Source: Clostridia bacterium
GTDB lineage: Bacteria > Bacillota > Clostridia > Christensenellales > CAG-138
DNA: 47,654 nt
NCBI GenBank assembly: GCA_030527165.1
Contig: JAUNBH010000006.1
Coordinates: forward strand, 1-47,654
Direction of reading: 5' to 3'
Positions 1 through 8,007 of this stretch are shown in pieces. Under the pieces are notes generated by a model. It did no database searches. It worked only from the letters and a program-made list of their open reading frames with translations, and was not told the DNA's origin. A program made the translations under genes and the position numbers. Every line of letters begins with the position of its first letter. Position 1 is the first letter of the stretch.

Positions 1-80
1 CCTTTTTCTTCTTGCCCCCTTCCTTTGTCCAATATGTATTGTAATCCTACAGGATAAGTTGCGAATTTTTCGTGGAACAA

Positions 81-109
81 TTGCCCTTTTCTTGCGTTCA
101 ATGTATAAT
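81..109 (+). promoter_or_regulatory. Candidate SigA-type promoter of the surface-protein gene
   Basis: TTGCCC (81-86), a 17-nt spacer, then TG-extended TATAAT (TG 102-103, TATAAT 104-109). It lies about 50 nt upstream of the ATG at 162. Confidence 0.45.
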
Positions 110-161
110 AAACCCGTATGTGCTGTCGGCATGGCGGCAACATTAAGATGGGAGACGCGTA

Positions 162-1679
162 ATGGGAAGAACAATTCGTGGTATTGCCGCACTGTTGGCG
201 TGCGCCGTTGCGCTGCTGGCGTGCAGCACGTCGCTGGCAGCCGCAATAGAGGTGACGATAGACCCGCCCGCGCTGAGCGAGGAGGGGCTGGTAACGCTGT
301 CCGTAAGCGTCACGAACGATTCATTTCATGCGATGGAGAACATATCCATATCTGGTCACGGCGTGACGTTTGAGATAGACGCGCCCACGCTGGAGCCGGG
401 CGCGACCCATGTGTACACTCACGAGATGTTCATATCGACTGATTTGATCGGGCAGACGCTGACCTTCACGGTGACGTGGACGGAGAACGGCGAAGAGCGG
501 ACTGCAGAGGCGTATGCGATAGTGCAGATGTCAAACATAGCGCTTCTGACCGTCACTCGTACCGCCAGCAAGACGGACGCGAGGGCGGGGGAGACCATAA
601 CGCTGACTTACACCATACAGAATCTCGGTACTGTCGGCGCAAACGACGTGACGCTCAACGACAGGGCCATAAGCAACCGGCCGTTGGTAGAGGGGCTGAC
701 GCTTGAGGCGGGCAGAATCCATGAGTTCGACTACGAGTACACCATGGGCAACGCCACCGTGGTATCGGAGCCGGTGCTGACGTACAGGCTGGATGGGGAG
801 GAGAGCGAGGAGACCTACACGGGAGACCAGCTGACGCTCGGCCTTGTCAACGCAGTGCTTGACGTTTCGGTAGAGCAGGGGATGAGCACTCCGGACGGCG
901 TCACGTTTACGCTCACCATAACAAACGACGGCAATCAGCGCATCAGAAATATAGTCGTGAAGGACCAGGACGGTGAGGAGCTCAACAGCGAGGCGTTCGC
1001 CCTCGCCATAGGCGAGCAGAAGGTTTTGACGTACACAATACTCCCGTTGGAGACCACAAACGTATACTTCAGGATAACCGGCACTACCCAGAGCGGCTTG
1101 TCGTACAGCGACAGGACACAGACTTACACCGTGCGCGAATACGTCGACCCCGCGCTGATTAAAATAGACTTCTCGGCGGAGATAACGAGCCAGATGAACA
1201 GCGAGGGCTCCATGGAAATCGTGTTCACTGTGGCGAATACCGGCAGCATGGTGTTCAGCAATGTGACGCTCGGCGAGGAGCTCTTGGGCGAACTGCACAA
1301 GCTGCCGTCGCTCAGTCCCGGCACCGTGGAGATACCGCTCACCGTCATGGTCGATGAGGAGCGAGTGCTTAACTTCACGCTTCAGTTTGAAGACCGGGCG
1401 GGCAACGTGTACAGCTACAAGGTTTCCCTTAGCGCGCAGCAGCCGTTTGATCCGGACGGGCCCACCCCGACGCCGGGAGGCATATCCATAGGGCAGATAG
1501 AAGAAGAGATAAGCCACACGCTTACCAATACGCTCACCACGGTGTTTACGGTGCTCGTAATAATGACCCTGGTAGCCGCTGCGGCGCTCATAGCGCTGAC
1601 CGTGGCGGAGCGCGTGAAGCGCACGAAGCGCAGGCAGCGCAAGGACGCCGGTCAGCCGCGCAAGCGGACGGCGCAGTAG
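162..1679 (+). CDS. Secreted, membrane-anchored surface protein with four tandem Ig-like (CARDB/DUF11-type) modules
   Basis: 505-aa ORF with a GGGAG SD 7 nt upstream. It has a signal peptide (LLACAVALLACSTSLAAA). Four ~100-aa modules carry the xTLTxTIxNxG signature (VTLSVSVTND, ITLTYTIQNLG, VTFTLTITNDG, IVFTVANTG). A PTPTPG linker, a C-terminal TM helix and a K/R-rich tail follow. Confidence 0.75.
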   Translation: MGRTIRGIAALLACAVALLACSTSLAAAIEVTIDPPALSEEGLVTLSVSVTNDSFHAMENISISGHGVTFEIDAPTLEPGATHVYTHEMFISTDLIGQTLTFTVTWTENGEERTAEAYAIVQMSNIALLTVTRTASKTDARAGETITLTYTIQNLGTVGANDVTLNDRAISNRPLVEGLTLEAGRIHEFDYEYTMGNATVVSEPVLTYRLDGEESEETYTGDQLTLGLVNAVLDVSVEQGMSTPDGVTFTLTITNDGNQRIRNIVVKDQDGEELNSEAFALAIGEQKVLTYTILPLETTNVYFRITGTTQSGLSYSDRTQTYTVREYVDPALIKIDFSAEITSQMNSEGSMEIVFTVANTGSMVFSNVTLGEELLGELHKLPSLSPGTVEIPLTVMVDEERVLNFTLQFEDRAGNVYSYKVSLSAQQPFDPDGPTPTPGGISIGQIEEEISHTLTNTLTTVFTVLVIMTLVAAAALIALTVAERVKRTKRRQRKDAGQPRKRTAQ

Positions 1680-1711
1680 CGGGAGCGGGAGGAGAGCGAA
1701 AACTGAGGTAT

Positions 1712-1737
1712 AGGCGCGCGTCTGCGCGCCTTTTTAT
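1712..1737 (+). terminator. Rho-independent terminator
   Basis: AGGCGCGC-gtct-GCGCGCCT stem-loop followed by TTTTTAT, 33 nt after the stop codon at 1679. Confidence 0.7.
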
Positions 1738-1848
1738 GCGCACGTGCGCTGAGAATATAAAGTTGCTTGCGCGGGCAAATGCGTTGACCGTGTCGTGCTT
1801 TTGATGTATCCTATACCCACCTAAAACTCATACGGAGGCGCTTGAATT

Positions 1849-3186
1849 ATGAAGTATCAAAACAGTGTGGGCGTGTTCGTCCCAGAGCTGCTCCTGCCAA
1901 ATCGGGGCGTTGACCTGTCGAAGTGGGCGGTAGTCGCGTGCGACCAGTACACCTCTCAGCCCGAGTATTGGGAGGAGACGGAGCGCACTGTCGGCGATGC
2001 GCCTTCCACTTTGAGGCTCATGCTGCCCGAGATGTACCTTGACAAACCGGGTGAGGCGGATCGGATACGGGCGATAAACGCCTGCATGGACGACTATATG
2101 TCGCGCGGCGTGCTTGAAAACAGGGGCCAGGGCTTTGTGCTCGTTCGCAGGAGCGTGGCGGGCAATGTGCGCCACGGCTTGGTGCTCGCCCTGGATTTGG
2201 AGTGCTATGATTACAACAAGGGCGCTACGACGCTGATACGCGCCACCGAGGGGACGATTGTAGAGCGAATACCCCCGCGCCTGCGCATAAGGGAGAACGC
2301 CCCGCTTGAGATGCCGCACATAATAGTGCTCATCGACGACCCGGAGCGCACCGTGATAGAGCCTCTGACGGCGAACGCGGATGCGCTGGAGCAGCTCTAC
2401 GACTTCGAGCTAATGCAGGGCGGCGGCCACATCGAGGGCTGGCTGATAGACGGCGAGGAGCAGATAAGCGGCGTTATAGCGGCGATAGAGCGGCTTGCCT
2501 GCAAAGAGGCGTTTCAGGGCAATTACGGCGACAAGCCGGTCATGGTATTCGCCATGGGCGACGGGAACCACAGCTTTGCCACCGCAAAGGCGAGTTGGGA
2601 GCGCATAAAGGCGACGCTTACGCCCGAGGAGGCGTTGGAGCATCCGGCGCGTTACGCGCTCGTGGAGTTGGAGAACGTGCATGACGAGGGCATAGTGTTC
2701 GAGCCTATACACCGGGTGCTGTTCAACGTGAACGCCGAGGATGTGATCTGCAGCCTCGAGGCGAAGCTCGGCGCCGCCAACGGCGGTTGTGAGACGTTGC
2801 GCTTCGCCACGCTGGACGAATGCCGTCTGGCAACCGAGCGCGAGGCGAAAAACGGCGCGCATGTGCTGCCATTCTGCACGGAGAACGGGCACGGCTGCTT
2901 CAAGGTAAGCGCGCCTGCGGCGCAGCTCGAGGTAGGCACGCTCCAGAGCGCGCTTGATGCCGTGCTAAAGGAGATGGCGGGCGCTACAATAGACTACATA
3001 CACGGAGAGGACGTAGTGTACGAGCTTGGCTCGAAGCCGTCCAACATGGGCTTCACACTGCCTCCGATGCACAAGAGCGCGCTGTTTAGGACGGTCGTGT
3101 TCGACGGTGCGCTGCCGAGAAAGACCTTCTCGATGGGCGAGGCGAACGAAAAGCGCTACTATCTGGAGTGCAAGCGCATAAAGTAG
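1849..3186 (+). CDS. DUF1015 family protein
   Basis: 445-aa ORF with a GGAGG SD. The N-terminus (VFVPELLLPNRGVDLSKWAVVACDQYTSQPEYW) and overall length match my recollection of the DUF1015 family. Confidence 0.75.
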   Translation: MKYQNSVGVFVPELLLPNRGVDLSKWAVVACDQYTSQPEYWEETERTVGDAPSTLRLMLPEMYLDKPGEADRIRAINACMDDYMSRGVLENRGQGFVLVRRSVAGNVRHGLVLALDLECYDYNKGATTLIRATEGTIVERIPPRLRIRENAPLEMPHIIVLIDDPERTVIEPLTANADALEQLYDFELMQGGGHIEGWLIDGEEQISGVIAAIERLACKEAFQGNYGDKPVMVFAMGDGNHSFATAKASWERIKATLTPEEALEHPARYALVELENVHDEGIVFEPIHRVLFNVNAEDVICSLEAKLGAANGGCETLRFATLDECRLATEREAKNGAHVLPFCTENGHGCFKVSAPAAQLEVGTLQSALDAVLKEMAGATIDYIHGEDVVYELGSKPSNMGFTLPPMHKSALFRTVVFDGALPRKTFSMGEANEKRYYLECKRIK

Positions 3187-3208
3187 CGGGCTAATAGCTG
3201 TTATTCAG

Positions 3209-3238
3209 GGGGGTGGACCGGTGTCCACTCCCGTTTTT
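3209..3238 (+). terminator. Candidate intrinsic terminator after the DUF1015 gene
   Basis: GTGGAC-cggt-GTCCAC stem, extendable by G:C/G:U pairs, followed by tcccGTTTTT. Confidence 0.45.
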
Positions 3239-3252
3239 GGGGGAACGCGACA

Positions 3253-4191
3253 ATGTTGGAGACGCTGTTGCACTCGTTGTCCGCCGTGTTAGTCGTAGTC
3301 ATCATGGCGTGTATCGGGTATCTGTTCGGGCGCAAGGGCTGGATGAAGCCGGAGCACAAGGGCCTCATAGTCAAGCTGATAATCAACGTTGGCATGCCTG
3401 CGCTCTGCTTCCACAATGTATTCGACGGGATGCCGAGGACGGAGCTGGCCTCTGCGGGCTACCTGCTGGGGATACCACTTGCGGCGATGGCGGTCACCAT
3501 GGCGCTCAGCCTGCTGCTCGCAAAGCTGCTCAAGATCGAACCCAGGCGGCGCGGCGGTTTTGTCGTGATGTGTTCCCTGTCAAACACGATATTCGTAGGT
3601 CTGCCGATGTGCAGAGGGCTATTCGGCGATGATGCGATAGTGTATGTGATGTTCTTCTACATAATCAACACGTCGCTGTTTTGGACTGCGGGCAACTACA
3701 TGCTGCACGCCTCGGGCGGCGGCGAGAAGCACGTCAAACTGAAGAAGCTGCTGTCCCCGCCGCTCATAGCGCTGGGGGTGTGCATTCCGCTGTTTTTGGC
3801 GGGATTCGAGCCCCCGCAGCTCATGCTGGACTTGTCCTCCTACCTCAGCGGCATAATCACTCCGCTCGGGATGCTGTACGTCGGCTACCTGCTCTGCGAG
3901 AGCGGAATACGGAACCTGCGCGTGGACAGGGGCATGGCGGCGGTGCTGGCTATGCGCTTTGTCGCCGCGCCGGCTGTTACGCTGCTGCTGTGCAAGCTGG
4001 TGGGGTTCTCGGGCATAGGGATGAGCACTTTTGTCATCGAGAGCGCCATGCCGGTTATGACGCAGGCGGTCGTAGTGGCGGGCAGCGCGAACGCGGACGA
4101 GACATATGTGGCGCAGGGAATGAGCCTGACCACGCTCGCCTGCTTTGTCGTAACGCCGTTGCTGATGCTGTTGACCACCGTGCTGAATTGA
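3253..4191 (+). CDS. AEC (auxin efflux carrier) family permease
   Basis: 312-aa polytopic membrane ORF of about 10 TM segments, with two hydrophobic halves separated by a short polar loop. This is typical of Mem_trans/AEC transporters. Confidence 0.7.
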   Translation: MLETLLHSLSAVLVVVIMACIGYLFGRKGWMKPEHKGLIVKLIINVGMPALCFHNVFDGMPRTELASAGYLLGIPLAAMAVTMALSLLLAKLLKIEPRRRGGFVVMCSLSNTIFVGLPMCRGLFGDDAIVYVMFFYIINTSLFWTAGNYMLHASGGGEKHVKLKKLLSPPLIALGVCIPLFLAGFEPPQLMLDLSSYLSGIITPLGMLYVGYLLCESGIRNLRVDRGMAAVLAMRFVAAPAVTLLLCKLVGFSGIGMSTFVIESAMPVMTQAVVVAGSANADETYVAQGMSLTTLACFVVTPLLMLLTTVLN

Positions 4192-4224
4192 TGCGGCTTT
4201 CTCCCGACGCCTGATCGCTCCGGC

Positions 4225-4345
4225 GCAGCCGAGGGGGGGCGCGGCCTGCGCGCTTCGCGCGCCGGCCGGCGCACTGCGTGCGCCCGCTGAAACGGCTCCG
4301 CCGTTTCGGCCGCGCCCAGCCCCGCGCTTATCTGCAAGCCGCTCA
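4225..4345. repeat. GC-rich intergenic repeat, copy A (hairpin-containing)
   Basis: About 80% G+C and non-coding. It shares ordered blocks with copy B: GGCCGGCGC (4264-4272), hairpin GAAACGG/CCGTTTC (4289-4307), GGCCGCGCC (4308-4316) and CTGCAAG (4332-4338). Confidence 0.45.
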
Positions 4346-4410
4346 TGGTCTCTTCGCTTGCCCCTGCCCGTCAATGGGCTTCTTTTTTATTGCGGTGCAT
4401 CGGTCGCAGA

Positions 4411-4451
4411 AAACAAAAAACAGCGGGCGCAGCTCGTCGCCTTGCCCGCTG
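4411..4451 (-). terminator. Rho-independent terminator of the 5'-nucleotidase gene
   Basis: On the minus strand: CAGCGGGC...GCCCGCTG stem followed by TTTTTTGTTTT, 26 nt after the stop codon at 4477. Confidence 0.7.
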
Positions 4452-4476
4452 CATGGTGCCGTATGGGCCGTGCGGA

Positions 4477-6078
4477 TTACTTCTTTCTGAATATCACTAT
4501 TGCCGCGCCGCCGGCCATTGCAGCTATCGCGGCGATGGAGAGGGAAATAGCGCCGGTCTTGGGCGGGTCGGGATTCTCTGCCTCGGCGGTGAGTATCCTG
4601 CCCTCGATGTCGGCGTACGCCTCAAACGTGTCGAGCGCGGAGATGAAGTCTATGAGCACTTCGTCGAGCGACGGGTACTCGTTGACCGTAACGCCGTTAA
4701 GCGTCGTAAAGCCGTCGCCGCCGGCCGCGAGGAAGTCATTGGTTGCGAGCACGTAAGTGGCGCTGAGGTCAATGGGCTCGCCGCCTATGAGTATGTTCTC
4801 GGGGTCGACCCTGTTGCCGGCGTCCCTGTTCGTGTAAAACGTAAACGTCATGCCGGACACCTGGAGGAACCCGCCGTTTGTCTCGGGGTATACGCGCACG
4901 GCGTGCTCAAGCGCGTCGTGTATGTCCTGACCCGTAACTTCCTTGGCGACGACATAGTTGCCGAAGGGGAATACGGATATGATGTCGCCCAGTGTGATCT
5001 CGCCGATTTCAATCGAAGCGCGTATGCCGCCGCCGTTGGTGACGGCTACATCGGCATTGGCGACGAGCCTGATTGCGTCTGCGGAGAGGTTGCCGAGGTT
5101 GGTCTCGCGCGTGCGGACGTGTTCACGCTCGCCGTCGAGCAGCACGTCGGTGTAGCCAACTACTACTTGGAGCACCTCGTCGAGTTCGGTGCGTATCTCC
5201 GCGATGAGCGCGTCGACGGCGCTGTCAGTGCCGGTGTACTCAGCGCCCACCAATGAGGCTTCAATGGTGTCGGCGGCGGGGTCGATGACCACGACGCCTA
5301 TGCTCTCGAGATACTCGCCCGTGCTGACTATCAGCGCGTCGTTGACCTCAAGCCCGTTCTCCAGCACGCTGTGGCTGTGACCGTCGATAAACAGGTCGAT
5401 GCCGTCCACGGCTTCGCATATCTCGTCCGAGGTGACGCCCGCGTTGCTGTCGAGCCCTATGTGTCCCAGCGCGATGATGTAATCGCAGCCCGCAGCCTGA
5501 AGCGCTGCAACCTCGGCGGCGGCGGTTTCGATGCAGTCCTCAAACACGAGTCCCGCAACGTTGTCAGGATGCGTCATATAGGTCGTCGAGGGAGTGGACA
5601 GGCCGAATATGCCGTACGTTACCCCGTCGATAACGAATGTGTCGCTGGCGTCGAGCACGGTATCGCCGCTCTCATACGCGAGGTTGGCGGAGAGCATGTG
5701 GAAGCCCGCTATGCCGTCCAGCCCTACGAGCTGTTCATAGCCGTAGTTGAAGTCATGGTTGCCGGGAGTGTGATAATCGTATCCCACGGCGTCCATTATC
5801 TCCACTATGGTTTCGCCCTCCGCGAGGTTGGCAATGGGGAGACCGTGGAAAGTGTCGCCCGCATCGATGACGACGACCTCAGCGCCTGCGAGCTCATACT
5901 CATGCTTCAGCGCCGCGACGGCGGTGTAGCCGAGATTCTCGTCAACGCGCGAGTGGACGTCGTTGGTGTGGATGATGACGACCTTGCCGGTCATGTCGTC
6001 GATGTCGGCTGAAACTGCCGGCACGGCGGCGAACACAAAAACGAGTGCAACTACCAGAGCGATGATCCTCTTCTTCAT
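4477..6078 (-). CDS. Cell-wall-anchored bifunctional metallophosphatase/5'-nucleotidase (UshA-like)
   Basis: 533 aa with a GGAGG SD and a signal peptide. Calcineurin-like metallophosphoesterase motifs are present (HTNDVHS, GDTFHG, GNHDF, DGHSH), followed by a 5'-nucleotidase C-terminal domain. The C-terminus has PPKTG, a hydrophobic stretch and RKK, which form a sortase sorting signal. Confidence 0.9.
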   Translation of the reverse strand: MKKRIIALVVALVFVFAAVPAVSADIDDMTGKVVIIHTNDVHSRVDENLGYTAVAALKHEYELAGAEVVVIDAGDTFHGLPIANLAEGETIVEIMDAVGYDYHTPGNHDFNYGYEQLVGLDGIAGFHMLSANLAYESGDTVLDASDTFVIDGVTYGIFGLSTPSTTYMTHPDNVAGLVFEDCIETAAAEVAALQAAGCDYIIALGHIGLDSNAGVTSDEICEAVDGIDLFIDGHSHSVLENGLEVNDALIVSTGEYLESIGVVVIDPAADTIEASLVGAEYTGTDSAVDALIAEIRTELDEVLQVVVGYTDVLLDGEREHVRTRETNLGNLSADAIRLVANADVAVTNGGGIRASIEIGEITLGDIISVFPFGNYVVAKEVTGQDIHDALEHAVRVYPETNGGFLQVSGMTFTFYTNRDAGNRVDPENILIGGEPIDLSATYVLATNDFLAAGGDGFTTLNGVTVNEYPSLDEVLIDFISALDTFEAYADIEGRILTAEAENPDPPKTGAISLSIAAIAAMAGGAAIVIFRKK

Positions 6079-6097
6079 ACAAAAACCTCCGTATTGA

Positions 6098-6118
6098 TTG
6101 CGTCAGAATGTGACGCAA
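6098..6118. promoter_or_regulatory. Perfect 8-bp inverted repeat (candidate operator or 5'-UTR hairpin) in the 5'-nucleotidase leader
   Basis: TTGCGTCA-gaatg-TGACGCAA, lying between the predicted -10 box and the SD. Confidence 0.4.
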
Positions 6119-6121
6119 GTA

Positions 6122-6150
6122 ATTGTAACATATACAGCGTTACTGTACAA
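6122..6150 (-). promoter_or_regulatory. Candidate SigA promoter of the 5'-nucleotidase gene
   Basis: Minus strand: TTGTAC (6145-6150), 17-nt spacer, TACAAT (6122-6127). Confidence 0.5.
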
Positions 6151-6187
6151 CGGCGCGAACACCAAAATGACGAAAAAACCGGAAGAA

Positions 6188-7147
6188 TCAGCCGATTTGC
6201 GTTACCGAGAGGTCATCCGCTATGAACACCGCGCTTACGCCGTCCAGCGAGCGGATCATTTCCGCCGCGGCGTCGCGGCCCATCACGAGAAACGCCGTGC
6301 TCAATGCGTCGCAGAGCGCGGCGTCTGCGCACGTCACGGACACGGAGAGCAGGCCGCTGTCGGCGGGAAAGCCCGTGGAGGGATCGAGCACGTGGTGGTA
6401 GAGTGTGCCCTCAAACTCGAATACGCGCTGATACACGCCGCTCGTCGATACGGACGCGTCGGACAGCTCCAGCAGCGCGGAGTACTCGCCCGCTGCCGCG
6501 AATGGCGTTTGCACGCCTATGGAGTATGGCTTGCCGTGTCTGTCGCCTATCACGGTCACATTGCCGCCGAGGTTCAGCATTGCCCGCTCTACGCCCTGCG
6601 ACGTGAGAAATGACGCTATCTTGCCCGCGATGTAGCCCTTTGCCACCGCGCCGAGGTCGAGCGCGACGCCGTTTAGCTCCACGAAGTCGCCCGACATCTC
6701 AATATTTCCTGCGCCGGAGCCTTCCAATGCCTTCGCGACCTGCACCGCGTCCGGCGGGGAAGGCTCCGCGGCGGCGAAGTCCCAGAGCTCTGTGACGTTG
6801 CCCAGCCCTATATCGAGCGCGCCGTCCGTCAGCGCGTACAGCTCGAGTGCGAGCTCCAAAACGTCCAGCAACGCCTCGCTGACATGACCGGAGCCCGCCA
6901 GGTTCAGCGCGCACAGCTCGCTGTCCTCCCGCGTGCGCGAAAACACGCGCTCGTACTCGTTGCAGAGCGCGACGCACCCGGAGAGGTGCGCGGCGTCCGC
7001 CTCGTCGTACACCGTGAAAGTACAGAATGTGTTCAGCGCAAAACAGGTGCGAGTGTACTCCCGCTCGCGCTGGCAGCCGGACAGGGCGGCGGCGAGGAGC
7101 AGCAGCGCAATCAGCAGCAAGGCCGCGCTATTTGGCCTGCGTCGCAT
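6188..7147 (-). CDS. apbE: FAD:protein FMN transferase (ApbE family lipoprotein)
   Basis: 319 aa with a lipobox LSGC after the signal peptide. ApbE-family sequence runs throughout (e.g. GAVAKGY, HHVLDPSTG). Confidence 0.88.
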   Translation of the reverse strand: MRRRPNSAALLLIALLLLAAALSGCQREREYTRTCFALNTFCTFTVYDEADAAHLSGCVALCNEYERVFSRTREDSELCALNLAGSGHVSEALLDVLELALELYALTDGALDIGLGNVTELWDFAAAEPSPPDAVQVAKALEGSGAGNIEMSGDFVELNGVALDLGAVAKGYIAGKIASFLTSQGVERAMLNLGGNVTVIGDRHGKPYSIGVQTPFAAAGEYSALLELSDASVSTSGVYQRVFEFEGTLYHHVLDPSTGFPADSGLLSVSVTCADAALCDALSTAFLVMGRDAAAEMIRSLDGVSAVFIADDLSVTQIG

Positions 7148-7649
7148 TCACATATCCCCCCTTCTTGAGCGCAGAGAGCGTGAGTTGAGCTATAAACCCC
7201 GTCAGCGCGCCGGTCACGACCGAGGCGGCCAGCAGCACGGGCGCGCACGCAAAAGCAGCGGCGGCGCCCACGAGGAACACCGCTGCGGTGAGTTGACCGA
7301 GCACATGGCAACAAGCGCCCGCAATGCTCACGCCGACCATGCTCAGCCCTTTCAGGCGGTGCAGGGGGAGCATAACGGCGAAGCTCAGCGCGGCGCCGGC
7401 AGCGCTGTAAATGAATCCGGCGGCGGACGAGAACAGCAGCCCCGTCAGCAGCACCTTCAGCGCGGAAACGCAGAGCGCGCTGCGCGCGTTGAGCGCGTAC
7501 AGCGCAAACAGCACCACGGCATTGCCCAGGCCGAGCTTTATGCCGGGTATGGCGGGCGCAATGGGTATCAGACGCTCAAAATAACCGAGTACTATTGCGA
7601 GCGCCGCCAACAGCGCGGTAAAAGCTATGTGCTTCGCGCCCGCGCTCAT
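7128..7649 (-). CDS. Gx transporter family protein (Hpre_diP_synt_I-like membrane protein)
   Basis: 173-aa, 5-TM ORF with the N-terminal motif LAALAIVLGYFERLIPI...GIKLGLGN typical of this family. It overlaps the apbE start. Confidence 0.75.
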   Translation of the reverse strand: MSAGAKHIAFTALLAALAIVLGYFERLIPIAPAIPGIKLGLGNAVVLFALYALNARSALCVSALKVLLTGLLFSSAAGFIYSAAGAALSFAVMLPLHRLKGLSMVGVSIAGACCHVLGQLTAAVFLVGAAAAFACAPVLLAASVVTGALTGFIAQLTLSALKKGGYVNATQAK

Positions 7650-7996
7650 AGGTCATGGGGGAGCACTTCCACAGATACCCTGTTAGGAAGGCATATTATC
7701 CAGTTATCGCCGGCTATGTGCGACACGCCGCTTACGCAGCCCCTGTGTACGCATACCTGGTTCGCGCAGGTGGAGCTCTCCATGGCGACGCCCTGCTCGG
7801 TTATGCGAATCACGTTTACCTCGCCCGTATCCTGTTCTATGCGCAGCACGGCGGGCTCGCCGTACGGAAGCGAGCGGTAGAGCTCGCCGTCGAGGTACAC
7901 GTTGACCACGCCGCCGTCCGCGCCCGCGAGCGCCAGGGCTGCCAGGGCGGCCGCCGCAAGCACTATGCCGATTACTATAAAATCGCGCTTCTTCAT
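7646..7996 (-). CDS. NusG domain II-containing protein
   Basis: 116 aa with an N-terminal TM anchor. The Cys-rich core (CANQVCVHRGCVS) and length fit the NusG_II family. The 4-bp overlap with the Gx transporter gene is the usual arrangement. Confidence 0.7.
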   Translation of the reverse strand: MKKRDFIVIGIVLAAAALAALALAGADGGVVNVYLDGELYRSLPYGEPAVLRIEQDTGEVNVIRITEQGVAMESSTCANQVCVHRGCVSGVSHIAGDNWIICLPNRVSVEVLPHDL

Positions 7997-8007
7997 TGCG
8001 ATGGGGT

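Noticed and set aside
1-58. A possible divergent gene start on the minus strand at the left edge (the reverse complement reads AAAGGAAGGGGG...).
   Set aside because: No start codon or reading frame can be established within the window.
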